From Dendrobates tinctorius (taxonomy: Eukaryota), in contig NW_027361819.1 of assembly GCF_039654945.1 (NCBI RefSeq), positions 4,588,001 through 4,652,000 on the forward strand: a stretch of 64,000 nt of DNA. Direction: 5' to 3'. Of this stretch, positions 21,259-33,771 are shown piece by piece (positions within the stretch are counted from its first letter, which is position 1; every line of letters starts with the position of its first letter). Position numbers and translations under genes: made by a program. The notes under the pieces were generated by a model. The model did not search any database and was not told where the DNA came from. It saw only the letters and a program-made list of their open reading frames with translations.

Positions 21259-23206
21259 TGTGACCCCCCCCATCATCAGTATCTGGTGACCCCCCCATCA
21301 TCAGTATCTGGTGACCTCCCCCATCATCAGTATCTGGTGACCCCCCATCATCAGTATCTGGTGACCCCCCCATCATCAGTATCTGGTGACCCCCCCATCA
21401 TCAGTATCTGGTGACCCCCCCATCATCAGTATCTGGTGACCCCCCCATCATCAGTATCTGGTGACCCCCCCCATCATCAGTATCTGGTGACCTCCCCCAT
21501 CATCAGTATCTGGTGACCCCCCCCATCATCAGTATCTGGTGACCCCCCCCATCATCAGTATCTGGTGCCCCCCCCATCATCAGTATCTGGTGACCCCCCC
21601 ATCATCAGTATCTGGTGACCCCCCCTCATCAGTATCTGGTGACCCCCCCCTCATCAGTATCTGGTGACCCCCCCCCATCATCAGTATCTGGTGACCCCCC
21701 CATCATCAGTATCTGGTGACCCCCCCCATCATCAGTATCTGGTGACCTCCCCCATCATCAGTATCTGGTGACCCCCCCATCATCAGTATCTGGTGCCCCC
21801 ACCATCATCAGTATCTGGTGACCCCCCCCTCATCAGTATCTGGTGACCCCCCCCTCATCAGTATCTGGTGACCCCCCCCTCATCAGTATCTGGTGCCCCC
21901 CCATCATCAGTATCTGGTGACCCCCCCCTCATCAGTATCTGGTGACCCCCCCCTCATCAGTATCTGGTGACCCCCCCTCATCAGTATCTGGTGACCTCCC
22001 CCATCATCAGTATCTGGTGCCCCCCCCATCATCAGTATCTGGTGCCCCCCCCCTCATCAGTATCTGGTGACCCCCCCTCATCAGTATCTGGTGACCCCCC
22101 CATCATCAGTATCTGGTGCCCCCCCATCATCAGTATCTGGTGAACCCCCCATCATCAGTATCTGGTGAACCCCCCATCATCAGTATCTGGTGCCCCCCCC
22201 CTCATCAGTATCTGGTGCCCCCCCCATCATCAGTATCTGGTGACCCCCCCATCATCAGTATCTGGTGACCCCCCCATCATCAGTATCTGGTGACCCCCCC
22301 ATCATCAGTATCTGGTGACCCCCCCCCATCATCAGTATCTGGTGACCCCTCCATCATCAGTATCTGGTGACCCCCCCTCCATCATCAGTATCTGGTGACC
22401 CCCCCTCCATCATCAGTATCTGGTGACCCCCCCCATCATCAGTATCTGGTGACCCCCCCCATCATCAGTATCTGGTGACCCCCCCATCATCAGTATCTGG
22501 TGACCCCCCCATCATCAGTATCTGGTGACCCCCCCATCATCAGTATCTGGTGACCTCCCCCATCATCAGTATCTGGTGACCCCCCCATCATCAGTATCTG
22601 GTGCCCCCCCACCATCATCAGTATCTGGTGACCCCCCCATCATCAGTATCTGGTGACCCCCCCCATCATCAGTATCTGGTGACCTCCCCCATCATCAGTA
22701 TCTGGTGACCCCCCCATCATCAGTATCTGGTGCCCCCACCATCATCAGTATCTGGTGACCCCCCCCTCATCAGTATCTGGTGACCCCCCCATCATCAGTA
22801 TCTGGTGCCCCCCCATCATCAGTATCTGGTGAACCCCCCCATCATCAGTATCTGGTGACCCCCCCATCATCAGTATCTGGTGACCCCCCCATCATCAGTA
22901 TCTGGTGACCCCCCCATCATCAGTATCTGGTGACCCCCCCATCATCAGTATCTGGTGACCCCCCTCCATCATCAGTATCTGGTGACCCCCCCTCCATCAT
23001 CAGTATCTGGTGACCCCCCCTCCATCATCAGTATCTGGTGACCCCCCCTCCATCATCAGTATCTGGTGACCCCCCCTCCATCATCAGTATCTGGTGACCC
23101 CCCCTCCATCATCAGTATCTGGTGACCCCCCCCATCATCAGTATCTGGTGACCCCCCCATCATCGGTATCTGGTGACCCCCTCCCCCCATCATCAGTATC
23201 AGTATC
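21259..23206. repeat. ~25-28-bp minisatellite with poly-C tract, ~70 copies, ZNF668 intron 1
   Basis: Unit catcatcagtatctggtga(C)n. Confidence 0.95.
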
Positions 23207-23600
23207 AGCACGACGGAAGCAACGCCGCGGAGCACCACGGAAGCAACGCCGCGGAGCACCACGGAAGCAACGCCGCGGAGCCCGACGGAAGCAACGCCGC
23301 GGAGCACGACGGAAGCAACGCCGCAGAGCACCACGGAAGCAACGCTCTGTTGCTTCCGTGGTGCTCTGCGGCGTTGCTTCCGTGGTGCTCTGCGGCGTTG
23401 CTTCCGTCGGCCTCTGCGGCGTTGCTTCCGTCGGGCTCTGCGGCGTTGCTTCCTTCGGGCTCTGCGGCGTTGCTTCCGTCGGGCTCTGCGGCGTTGCTTC
23501 CGTCGTGCTCGGCGGCGTTGCTTCCGTCGGGCTCTGCGGCGTTGCTTCCGTCGTGCTCCGCGGCGTTGCTTCCGTCGGGCTCTGCGGCGTTGCTTCCGTC
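23207..23600. repeat. 24-bp tandem repeat that inverts mid-array (~6 forward, ~11 reverse copies)
   Basis: acggaagcaacgccgcggagcacc to ~23345, then its reverse complement gctctgcggcgttgcttccgt. Confidence 0.9.
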
Positions 23601-23662
23601 TGCCTATAGCTTTTGCCCAGTCCTCTGTATACAAACCATATGTTTCCATGTGAAGTTCCATT

Positions 23663-24255
23663 AGTCCGGCACTTCCTATTGTGTAACGCTGCGGCTTGTG
23701 GCATGTCATCCTGATAGTCCGGCACTTCCTATTGTATAGCGCTGCGGCTTGTGGCATGTCATTCTGATAGTCCGGCACTTCCTATTGTATAGCGCTGCGG
23801 CTTGTGGCATGTCATCCTGATAGTCCGGCACTTCCTATTGTATAGCGCTGCGGCTTGTGGCATGTCATCCTGATAGTCCGGCACTTCCTATTGTATAACG
23901 CTGCAGCTTGTGGCGTGTCATCCCGATAGTCCGGCACTTCCTATTATATAGCGCTGCGGCTTGTGGCATGTCATCCCGATAGTCCGGCACTTCCTATTGT
24001 ATAGCGCTGCGGCTTGTGGCATGTCATCCTGATAGTCCGGCACTTCCTATTGTATAACGCTGCGGCTTGTGGCATGTCATCCTGATAGTCCGGCACTTCC
24101 TATTGTATAACGCTGCGGCTTGTGGCATGTCATCCTGATAGTCCGGCACTTCCTATTGTATAACGCTGCGGCTTGTGGCATGTCATCCTGATAGTCCGGC
24201 ACTTCCTATTGTATAACGCTGCGGCTTGTGGCATGTCATCCTGATAGTCCGGCAC
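23663..24255. repeat. 53-bp tandem repeat, ~11 copies
   Basis: Unit tagtccggcacttcctattgtatagcgctgcggcttgtggcatgtcatcctga. Confidence 0.95.
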
Positions 24256-24399
24256 GTTGTTCCAGCCGCCGTCATTTCTGTTTATTATTTTCTGCTGTTT
24301 TTGTTTATTGCAATGTGAATATCTGAGCGATTCTAACAAAGGTTTCTCTCTTCACAAGACGCTTCTTCTACCGACGGCTGCGGTCTCGGGATCATTCTC

Positions 24400-25950
24400 C
24401 TCTAGCGTCTCTAGGTCTTAGCAGAGCCCCTCCGGCTGTTGTGACCTGCTGCAGACCTGATCCATTCCCAGACTCCGGCGTCTGGCAGATTCCTGACGAG
24501 TCTTGGCCCGGTCCTTACTAATGGCCTCCAGGTCACTAATATTCTTGAGTGTGCTGCCGCCTTCACATCCAACCAAAGATTTTCTATGGAATTCAAGCCC
24601 GGTGACGGCCGCTCCGGAATCTTCCAGGACGTCTCCTGAAACCAAACTATGGTGGACTGTGCGGTGCAGGGTCAGTGTCCTCCTGAAAGGTCCAATGTGG
24701 CCCGAACTTCAGCTCCTCACAGAAGACATGAGGTTTTCTCCTAGAATTGTCTGATACGTGATTGGATTCATCTTGCCCTCCACCTGCTGCAGGTCTCCAT
24801 CCGCAGGGATCGCCGAGCCCCCGCCACGCTACACCGCAGGGATCACCGAGCCCCCGCCGCGCTACACCACAGGGATCGCCGAGCCCCCGCCAGGCTACAC
24901 CGCAGGGATCGCCGAGCCCCCGCCAGGCTACACCGCAGGGATCGCCGAGCCCCCGCCAGGCTACACCGCAGGGATCGCCGAGCCCCCGCCACACTTCACC
25001 ATAGGGATCACCGAGCTCCCGCCACTCTTCACCTCAGGGATCACTGAGCCCCCGCCAAGCTTCACTGCAGGAATTGCTGAGGCCCGGCCAGGCTTCACCG
25101 CAGGGATCACCGAGCCCCCGCCACTCTTCACCTCAGGGCTCACCAAGCCCGCACCACGCTTCACCTCAGGGATCACCAAGCCCCCGCCACTCTTCACCTC
25201 AGGGATCACCAAGCCCTCGCCACGCTTCACCGCAGGGATCACCGAGCCCCCGCCACTCTTCACCTCAGGGATCACCGAGCCCCCGCCACTCTTCACCTCA
25301 GGGATCACCAAGCCCTCGCCACGCTTCACCTCAGGGATCACCAAGCCCCCGCCACTCTTCACCTCAGGGATCACCAAGCCCCCACCACGCTTCACCTCAG
25401 GGATCACCAAGCCCCCACCACGCTTCACCTCAGGGATCACCAAGCCCCCGCCACTCTTCACCTCAGGGATCACCGAGCCCTCACCACGCTTCACCGCAGG
25501 GATCACCGAGCCCCCGCCACTCTTCACCTCAGGGATCACCGAGCCCCCGCCACGCTTCACCGCAGGGATCACCGAGCCCCCGCCACGCTTCACAGCATGG
25601 ATCGTCGAGTCCCCACCATGCTTCACCGCAGGGCTCACAAAGCCCCCGCCACTTTTACTGCAGGGCTCACCAAGCCCCCACCACATAGTGTTCTCCTTGT
25701 TTGTAAAGATTGTGAGCACTTTTTTTTTTTTTTTTTTTACTTTTTGGACCATTCTCTTGACAGCCGAAGGACATTAGTGATCTGGAGGCCACTACCCATG
25801 AGACCTGGGCTCAGCTTCCTCAGGATCACTGCCAGGAGCTTGAGTCTGCAGCCGGTTATAACAGCCAGAGAGGAATCAGGTCATAACAGCCAGAGGAGCT
25901 CTACCAAGTACTAAAGATATTTCATATGAAAGAGGTGAATAATTGTGATT
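24400..25950 (-). pseudogene. Decayed Tc1-family transposase remnant (ends approximate)
   Basis: Minus-strand fragments in Tc1 order: PAVKHGG.S (Tc1 PTVKHGGGS), LKFGPHWTFQEDTDP (Tc1 WTFQQDNDPKH), LNSIENLW (Tc1 SPDLNPIENLW). Frameshifted and deleted. Confidence 0.8.
24801..25684. repeat. 33-bp minisatellite, ~27 copies, inside the Tc1 remnant
   Basis: Unit ccgcagggatcaccgagcccccgccacgcttca; minus strand reads PAVKRGGGSVI. Confidence 0.93.
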
Positions 25951-26325
25951 AGAACCGTACATGATCCTGGAGATGTAGTGTAATCATAGTCACCTGCAGC
26001 ATTTCTGGGTATCTCCCCGATAGTCTGGCGCATGGTGCCCCCGACAGGTAATGTTCATTATATCTCCTTGTATCTGGGATGTCGCTGTAATCCTCCAGAG
26101 CCGCACATTACGTGTCTTTGTGCAGAGAGACTCCATGTGGTTTGGAATTTCTGCCAATCAGCAGATCCGGGAGAATTACCAGCATTGATTGCATGGAGCC
26201 GTACTGATGTGACTGTTGTCTTTACATCTGTAGAATCTCTGTTGTGCTTAGTCCATACTGGGAGTAAATGGAGGTTGACTGAATTAATCCTGGGTCCCCG
26301 TCTTCTTTTCCAGGCCTCCCCCACA

Positions 26326-27996
26326 ATGTCTTCGGAGCAGCAGCAATCTTCAGGAGAGATTGAGGTGGCCATCGAGCAGGATCCTGAGGAGTCTCCCAGA
26401 TTTGTTCAGAGTGGACGTCGCTTTCGCTGTTTGTCCTGCCGCAAAACCTTCCCAAACCAGCCCCGTGCCAAGCGCCACTGTCGGGTGCACCTCTCAGCTG
26501 ATGACTCTCAGCCTCCGACCCCCAAGACTCAAGGGCCAAAAAGCGAGCAACGCCACCAGTGCGTACACTGCAACAAGTCCTACAAAACCGCCTCCCTGCT
26601 GAAGAGCCATGAGCGAAGCCACACAGGGGAGAAGCCGTTCGTGTGTAAAGAGTGCGGGCGCTCCTTCATGCAGCCCATATGCCTGCGGGTACACATGGCC
26701 ACACACAACGGGCAGCTCCCTTTCCAGTGCAGCCAGTGTGGAAAAGCTTACGCCACGCCGTCAAAGCTGCGGATCCACGAGCGGCTGCACACTGGGGAGC
26801 GCCCGTTCTCATGCCCTGATTGTGGGAAGGGGTTTGCCGACCCGTCTGTTTTTCGGAAGCACAGGCGGAGTCATGCCGGGCTGCGGCCTTATCAGTGCCA
26901 GCTGTGCCAGAAGTCATATAGCGAGCTGAAGGACCTAAAGAACCATGAACGGAGCCACACGGGGGAGAAGCCTTTCCTGTGTGCAGATTGCGGTAAGGCG
27001 TTCTCCCGCGCGTCTTCTCTAACGTGTCACCAGCGCATTCATGCTGCCGAGAAACCGTACAAGTGCCCTATATGTAACAAAGACTTTACCCAACTGTCCT
27101 CCTACCAGAGCCACCAACGCACACACTCCGGGGAGAAGCCTTACCTGTGCCCTCAGTGCGGCCGCATGTTCTCCGACCCATCTAGCTTCCGGCGGCACCA
27201 GCGGGCTCACCAGGGCGTGAAGCCGTACCGATGCGACAAGTGTGGCAAACCATTCCGGCAGCCGGCTGATTTGGCCATGCACCAGAGAATCCACACGGGT
27301 GAGAGGCCCTTCAAATGCCCGGACTGTGACAAGAGCTTTGTGGCCTCTTGGGACTTGAAGCGGCACCGGCTTTCGCACAGCACGGAGCGTCCCTTCCAGT
27401 GCATGGAATGTGGTAAAGGTTTCGCCGAGCGCTCCGGACTCAGCAAACACCAACGTTCCCACAGCGGAGAGAGACCCTACAAGTGCGAGGAGTGCAACAA
27501 GACGTTCATCGTCTCGTCAAGTCTGCGGAAGCACGAACGGACCCACGTGAAGCCCGAAGTGCAGGCCAACAAGAAGAAGGAAGAGTCCACCACCTGCGAT
27601 TCGTGCGCAGTGACCTTCCTGAGCGTGATGGACCTGAAGAACCATCAGAGAAACCATCCGGAGCTCAGGCCTTTCCGCTGTGACCAGTGTGACAAGGGCT
27701 TTGTGGACAAGGCCGGCCTGAAGAAGCACCAACGGATTCACAGCGACGTGCGCCCCCACATCTGCCAACAGTGCGGCAAGGGCTTCCACGTCCCCTCCGA
27801 CCTTCGTAAGCACCAGAAGACACATGACAAGGAGGTGAAGGGCAAAGAAGAGGAGGAGGAAGAGGAGATCACCACTTTGACCCTCCATCCGGCCTACGTA
27901 GAACCTCCGCCGCTCTTTGATCCTCTGGTCTCCTTCTTAGAGAAAGTGACCGAAGGAAACATGGAGGTGATAGAACAGTCGCCCACGTCGAGCTGA
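26326..27996 (+). CDS. ZNF668: Zinc finger protein 668 (16 C2H2 fingers, 556 aa)
   Basis: Acceptor tcttcttttccag|G at 26313/26314 and in-frame ATG at 26326. The N-terminal finger [23 protein letters not shown] resembles ZNF668, followed by TGEKP-linked fingers. Syntenic between ZNF646 and STX4. The track's first 98 codons are intronic. Confidence 0.92.
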   Translation: MSSEQQQSSGEIEVAIEQDPEESPRFVQSGRRFRCLSCRKTFPNQPRAKRHCRVHLSADDSQPPTPKTQGPKSEQRHQCVHCNKSYKTASLLKSHERSHTGEKPFVCKECGRSFMQPICLRVHMATHNGQLPFQCSQCGKAYATPSKLRIHERLHTGERPFSCPDCGKGFADPSVFRKHRRSHAGLRPYQCQLCQKSYSELKDLKNHERSHTGEKPFLCADCGKAFSRASSLTCHQRIHAAEKPYKCPICNKDFTQLSSYQSHQRTHSGEKPYLCPQCGRMFSDPSSFRRHQRAHQGVKPYRCDKCGKPFRQPADLAMHQRIHTGERPFKCPDCDKSFVASWDLKRHRLSHSTERPFQCMECGKGFAERSGLSKHQRSHSGERPYKCEECNKTFIVSSSLRKHERTHVKPEVQANKKKEESTTCDSCAVTFLSVMDLKNHQRNHPELRPFRCDQCDKGFVDKAGLKKHQRIHSDVRPHICQQCGKGFHVPSDLRKHQKTHDKEVKGKEEEEEEEITTLTLHPAYVEPPPLFDPLVSFLEKVTEGNMEVIEQSPTSS

Positions 27997-28323
27997 ACTT
28001 GCTCTTGTACAAAGAACTGTACAGGACTACACAGACCCTACGTCTCCTGCGTGTAGGCGGCCATCTTGTCGGTGCAGAACATCCCACTCACCCCCATTAC
28101 ACAAACAATCATGGGAAGACTAAGCAGCGTGAAATGAATAATTACCGCCATTACCCAGTCTGAGGGACGATGGCCATTTTATAATGGGTATCTGCCACCC
28201 GCGGGGTGTACAGGACCGGGCCCCGGGACTGATGGGGCAGTGGAGATTTGCACACGTGTATATCCTGTAATACGTCGAGGTCATGTGACCGGAGTATGAA
28301 ATTCAGTATTTTTTCCTTGCAAA

Positions 28324-28329
28324 AATAAA
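28324..28329 (+). promoter_or_regulatory. Candidate polyadenylation signal for ZNF668
   Basis: AATAAA ~330 nt after the stop codon. Confidence 0.5.
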
Positions 28330-28436
28330 AGCTTCTGCCTTCATTTCCCCCCGCGAGGCAGCCATGTTTGTATAAAGAATAGTGCCTGTAAGCTGAGAAA
28401 CTGCGGGATGGAGAGGTCGCGTCTGTCTCACACACA

Positions 28437-28725
28437 GCCCGTCCACGGGGGCGGAGGAGGGCGTCCACGGGGGCGGAGGAGGGCGTCCACGGGGGCGGAG
28501 GAGGGCGTCCACGGGGGCGGAGGAGGGCGTCCACGGGGGCGGAGGAGGGCGTCCACGGGGGCGGAGGAGGGCGTCCTCGGGGGCGGAGGGCGTCCTCGGG
28601 GGCGGAGGGCGTCCTCGGGGGCGGAGGAGGGCGTCGAGGGGGGAGGGCGTCCTCGGGGGTGGAGGAGGGCGTCCTCGCGGGCGGAGGAGGGCGTCCACGG
28701 GGGTGGAGGAGGGCGTCCACGGGGC
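28437..28725. repeat. 22-bp G-rich minisatellite, ~13 copies, downstream of ZNF668
   Basis: Unit gcgtccacgggggcggaggagg, containing the GC box GGGGCGGAG. Confidence 0.92.
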
Positions 28726-29417
28726 AGGACGACGTTCTGGTAACCACAATGACTGCTCGCACAAATGTTCTGGCTTAGGCCCAGCAATATGGCCGCCATA
28801 TCAGCTCCTGATCACCAAATGACGGGGCTGATTTATCATTCCATGGCCTGAAGAAGCTGAATGACGCCTCCTGGTGGCCATTTATGTTATCACCCAGCTT
28901 TTCCAGGCTCCTGAATGAGTGAACATAATAAAATGTATAAGGCTGAGAGATCGTCCTTTCTGGCATCTGTCAGGTGCCCGGGTGTCATGGAGTGCTGGTG
29001 TGGATCACGATCGCCATGAATACCCACGCCCTGTGGAATAATATCTCCATGACCACATGGCGCCGGTGATAATCTGAGGACACCATGATGCCGGACTCTC
29101 GGTAGTGACGCCCCGGCTTTATTTCGCCCCTCGGAGCGGAGGCCATGTTAGATCTGCCGTTATCTCTCCTCATCACTGGTTGTGTCTCCTACCGATCACG
29201 CAGGTTTATGACTGGTCGTAATGGGGGTGCACGGTCCCCCGTTCTCATTGATGGCCCCTCTAGATGCTCAGTCTCTATGATCGGCCCCGGCGATCGCACG
29301 ATGAACAAACAAGCAGCTCCTTAGTCCGGTGAGATGATTTTACGGCGGCACAGTGTCCCGCGTAAACCGATGATGTGACACCATGATATCCAATGCGCAC
29401 AGAGCGATTGTATTTAA

Positions 29418-29850
29418 AGGGATTATTTCCACCTTCATAAATGAAGCCCTTTTGCAGTTTACTGCTTGTTAAAATATGCAACTGTTCTCAAGATATTAAC
29501 ATTTTTCTTTTGTATGTATCTCGTTGCCTAGGAGACCGACCACTTCTACGGTTTAGCTTTTAAGCACTGCGTTAAAGCTGGCGGGACTAAGTGGTAACAA
29601 CACGCTGCAGCGATCACGGACAGCTTCAAAACAGCGCTTAAAAGCTCAATAAAAGACGGCTTGTAAGCACTGTGCACGTTGTGCCATCTAGCAGTGGTGG
29701 TCGGTCTCCTAGGCGACGATCTGTAAGGAAAATAAATCGGTTCATATCTCAGGAACGGTATAAAATTTTAATAATTGGTAAATTGCAAAGTTGCTTGTAT
29801 TTACATGCTGTATCCAACAATACTCACTTATGGAGCGGTGGAATTACCCT
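29418..29850. mobile_element. T2/Kolobok-type MITE
   Basis: TTAA|AGGGA...ACCCT|TTAA (29414-29417 and 29851-29854). Internal inverted arms cctaggagaccgaccac / gtggtcggtctcctagg. Confidence 0.8.
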
Positions 29851-30869
29851 TTAAGAATTCTGTGCACCTACAAATGTTGGCCGTGTAAACCCGTTCCGAT
29901 TGGCCTTTATTGGGGCCATTAAAGACCTGCTAGTCTTCCAGAGTCCTTAGATTGTGCAGCAGCATAAGGGGACGTAAAGTCTATCCATGGCCTGAAATGG
30001 CTGATAACAGAGAGCAATCGACGGCTGTTCAGATCTGTGAGTAGTAATTGATCCGTCCACCTGTAGGTCCCATTAACTCTCTCTTGCCTGTTGTGGTGCA
30101 TTGTGGGAGAGGGCCGAGCTGATTGCAGCTTTGGATGTGACTGGAGCAGAAGACGTGTGGCAATCAGTGCCAGGGAAGCAGAAGTCGCTCCACAATGTAG
30201 GGAGATTTCTCCTGTAAATGGTGATCACAGCCGAGTTTTTTTTTTTCCTTCAACTCTTTTCCCCTGTAACTTGGGTCATTTCAATAAACTTCTCCATTTT
30301 ATCTCCAGAGCACAAAATAGTAAAATAATAAATCACTTTATTTATGGAAAATGTTGTCTTCCTCCTGTAGAAATGTCACTCAGTGTCCCCTCCTCTGTAA
30401 CGTCCGATTCACTGACTGTTGTCAGGAGAAATCCATCGGTGGTTACAGAGAAGCCGAGCTCGATCACAGATGGGGCAGGACTTCTTCTGCACCCAGAGGA
30501 GGTTGGGAGGTCTTCATACGCAGCCTCTCCTGTCCTCCCCCGATAACTGCACTATCCATGACCTTCACGCCACACACACACTAATCAGTGACATCCCGAT
30601 TCGCCACCTCTTCCGTTTCTCCAGGCAGCGGTAAGCTACTGTCAGACGTATCGCTGTGTACCGGCTCATTCACAAGGAAACACAGACGGGATTGTAACGT
30701 GAAACAGTAATAACGACTCCTGCTGCTGTCACCCAGGCTAAATCCCTCTGTATGCTGTCATCTCTGGCTGTCCCCTCAGTCTCCTCTCTGCCTGTCACCT
30801 CCATCCCATCTATGTCTGTCATCGTGCTGCTGTCACTTCCATCTCTCTGCTGTCCCCTCCATCGCCTCC

Positions 30870-32085
30870 TTGGCTGTCATCTCAGTCTCCTCTCTGCCTG
30901 TCACTGTGCTGCAGTCACCTCCGTCTGCTCTTTGCCTGTCACTGTGCAGCTGTCACCTCCATCGCCTCTCTGCCTGTCACTGTGCTGCCGTCAGCCCCGT
31001 CTCCTTTCAGCCTGTCGCTGTACAGCTGTCACCGCCGTATCCTCTCTGCCTGTCACTGTGCTGCCGTCAGCCCCGTCTCCTCTCTGCCTGTCGCTGTGCA
31101 GTTGTCACCTCCATCTCCTCTCTGCCTGTCGCTGTGCAGCTGTCACCTCCATCTCCTCTCTGCCTGTCGCTGTGCTGCAGTCAGCCCAGTCTCCTTTCTG
31201 CCTGTCGCTGTGCTGCTGTCACTTCCGTCTCTTTTCTGCCTGTCGCTGTGCTGCTGTCACCTCCATCTCCTCTCTGCCTGTCACTGCAGCTGTCATCTCC
31301 ATCTCCTCTCTGCCTGTCTCTGTGCTGCTGTCACCTCCGTATGTCACTGTGCTGCCGTCAGCCCCATCTCTCTGCCTGTCGCTGTACAGCTGTCACTTCC
31401 GTCTCCTTTCTGCCCGTCGCTGTGCTGCTGTCACTTCCGTCTCCTTTCTGCCCGGCGCTGTGCTGCTGTCACTTCCTTCTCCTTTCTGCCCGTCGCTGTG
31501 CTGCTGTCATTTCCGTCTCCTCTCTGCCTGTCGCTGTGCTGCTGTCACCTCCGTATGTCGCTATGCTGCTGTCACTGTCACCTTTCTGCCTGTTGCTGTG
31601 CTGCTGTCATCACCATCTCCTCTCTGCCTGTCGCTGTGCTGCTGTCATCTCCGTCTCCTCTGTCGCTATGCTGCTGTCATCTCCATCTCCTCTCTGCCTG
31701 TCGCTGTGCAGCTGTCACCTCCGTCTCCTCTCTGCCTGTCGCTGTGCAGCTGTCACCTCCGTCTCCTCTCTGCCTGTTGCTGTGCAGCTGTCACTTCCGT
31801 CTCTTCTGCCTGTCACTGTACAGCTGTCACTTCCGTCTCCTCTCTGCCTGTCGCTGTACAACTGTCACCTCCGTCTCCTCTCTGCCTGTCGCTGTACAGC
31901 TGTCGCCTCCGTCTCCTCTCTGCCTGTCGCTGTACAGCTGTCGCCTCCGTCTCCTCTCTGCCTGTCGCTGTGCAGCTGTCACTTCCGTCTCCTCTCTGCC
32001 TGTCACTGTACAGCTGTCACCTCCGTCTCCTCTCTGCCTGTCGCTGTGCAGCTGTCACCTCCATCTCCTCTCTGCCTGTCACCAT
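30870..32085. repeat. ~38-bp pyrimidine-rich minisatellite, ~30 degenerate copies
   Basis: Unit ctgtcacctccgtctcctctctgcctgtcgctgtgcag. Confidence 0.9.
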
Positions 32086-32492
32086 CTCTTCCTTGGCTCT
32101 CTGCAGCATGTACACTCCTGGCATACCGCGCACGATCAGTGACCTCCCCCTGAGAGCGGATGGTCATACCTGCAGCAGGTCAGGGGTTCTCTCCATGTCA
32201 CAGGATACCGGTCTGTGCTCCGATACGAGTCAGGACGTAAGACGCAGGAGCACCACGACCTGTGCCTCATATAATGGCAGGTACAAGTCCCTGGTGGGCT
32301 GGAGTAATTCCACTGTTGGGCGGTCCGCGGGGGCCCAGGTTTCCACCTACTCTAGGCCTTGGTGCTTATTCTCAGCCAGTGAAGGACATTAAACAATATC
32401 AGGCGAGTGAGGTTTCACTTTCAGTCGTCACAAGCACTGACTGACTGTTCCTCCTGGTAATTCACAGCAGACACCGGGATATTACATAATAG

Positions 32493-32498
32493 TTTATT
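32493..32498 (-). promoter_or_regulatory. Candidate polyadenylation signal for STX4
   Basis: AATAAA on minus in an AT-rich patch ~760 nt after the stop codon. Confidence 0.6.
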
Positions 32499-33259
32499 TA
32501 ATACAAGATCTTTATATAAAAAAGAAACACTAAATGGAGCGGTCAGTGCGAGCTCCACGGACACGAGAAACCTCCAGCATTACAGGAGCCGGGACAGTCC
32601 ATGAGCATGCAGCAGCAGAATGCACGCTCACCTCGCCAAAGTGCAAGCTCCTCCCAAGTGACTGCTCCGGACACAGCCAGAGCTGCATTCACAATTCTGC
32701 CGCAGTGCGAGATGTAGGGTTTGATCCAGTAATGAGACTTGGAACACTACATTTCCCAGAGGGCCGTGCATCCTGGCATCTCAGGGGTGTAGACGGTGCT
32801 GACAGAGCCAGCCAAGTGGCGGCTGGAGCTGCGGCAGTGACCGACCGCTACACGATTTACACTGTAAAATACCGTATAAAAGTGAAGCCGCTCGTTACAT
32901 AAATTGCGCTAACAATTAAAAAGAAGAAAATGCAGCGACTGAGCGACCCCTCATCCCCCACACAATGTCATGGACGCCCATGCACCAGCAGGGGGCAGTG
33001 TATGGACCTGAGCGCACACGCCACGGCCGGGCTGTGTACAGGGATGGAGGCAGCGCCGCTCGCAGACTGACATCTATAATGGTAAAGTATAAGGCACACT
33101 TGGAAATCGCACACAGTGTCGGTGGTCAGTCACCACGCGAGGTCCGTTACCCTCCCCGAGCCCCAGCGGGGACCACCGGTCCTGTCCTCAGGAGCTACGC
33201 TGAGCGGGGAGCAGGATACAGAGATGTATGGGGTCGGGGGCACAGGGGTCCTCGTCCTC

Positions 33260-33340
33260 TCAGGTCGTCAGAGACACCGTGATGATGAGGACGACAACAA
33301 TGATGAGAATGGCCACGCAGATGGCGATGTAGACTTTCTT
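33260..33340 (-). CDS. STX4: Syntaxin-4 last coding exon (KKVYIAICVAILIIVVVLIITVSLTT*), C-terminal TM anchor
   Basis: Acceptor ctctctgcag|, 81 nt, polybasic stretch plus hydrophobic tail, TGA at 33262-33260. The ten exons sum to 885 nt (294 aa + stop). Confidence 0.95.
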   Translation of the reverse strand, partial: KKVYIAICVAILIIVVVLIITVSLTT

Positions 33341-33415
33341 CTGCAGAGAGAAGAGACGGATGTGTAAAACGCGCCGGGCACAGGGAAAACACCACGAGTC
33401 ATCTCCGGGTCTCAC

Positions 33416-33526
33416 CTTCCGCGCCTTCTGCCTGTTGTCCACCGCCTGGTCCAGCTGCTTCTTGGCTTTTTCCACATAATCCGTAGAATGTAAAATATTC
33501 TTCTCGATGCTGTCTATCGTCTCCCC
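33416..33526 (-). CDS. STX4: Syntaxin-4 coding exon 9 (GETIDSIEKNI...QKARK)
   Basis: Acceptor tctcag|, donor AAG|GTGAGA, 111 nt. Confidence 0.95.
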
Positions 33527-33633
33527 CTGAGATGGGAAAAGAGTCAGGACAAGGTATGAGGACATGGGCAGGAGAGCCAGGCAGGGATCAACCATTCACA
33601 ACCACCAGCCCCGTACATGGACCCAGGCATCAC

Positions 33634-33771
33634 CTGCGCCTCCACCTCCATGGCGAGGTACATGAACATATCGTGAAGTTCCACGATGCTCTTCTCCAGC
33701 TTCAGGATCTCCTCGTGCCGAGCTTCTATTTCATTCAGGGCCTGTTTAGTGACCTGCGTGTCCTTCAGGAT
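33634..33771 (-). CDS. STX4: Syntaxin-4 coding exon 8 ([19 protein letters not shown]...EVEAQ), SNARE motif
   Basis: Acceptor ttttacag|, donor CAG|GTGATG, 138 nt, ends on the Qa-SNARE zero-layer Q. Confidence 0.95.

Noticed and set aside
23663-24255. p53 response elements in the 53-bp repeat (CTTG...CATG)
   Set aside because: Cores are 3 bp apart rather than 6, and the flanks mismatch RRRCWWGYYY.
26032-26325. 98-aa N-terminal extension of ZNF668
   Set aside because: Lies upstream of a strong acceptor at 26313 and shows no recognisable similarity. Treated as intron plus 5'UTR.
30752-32392. Cys/Leu/Ser-rich ORFs
   Set aside because: Translation of a pyrimidine-rich tandem repeat.
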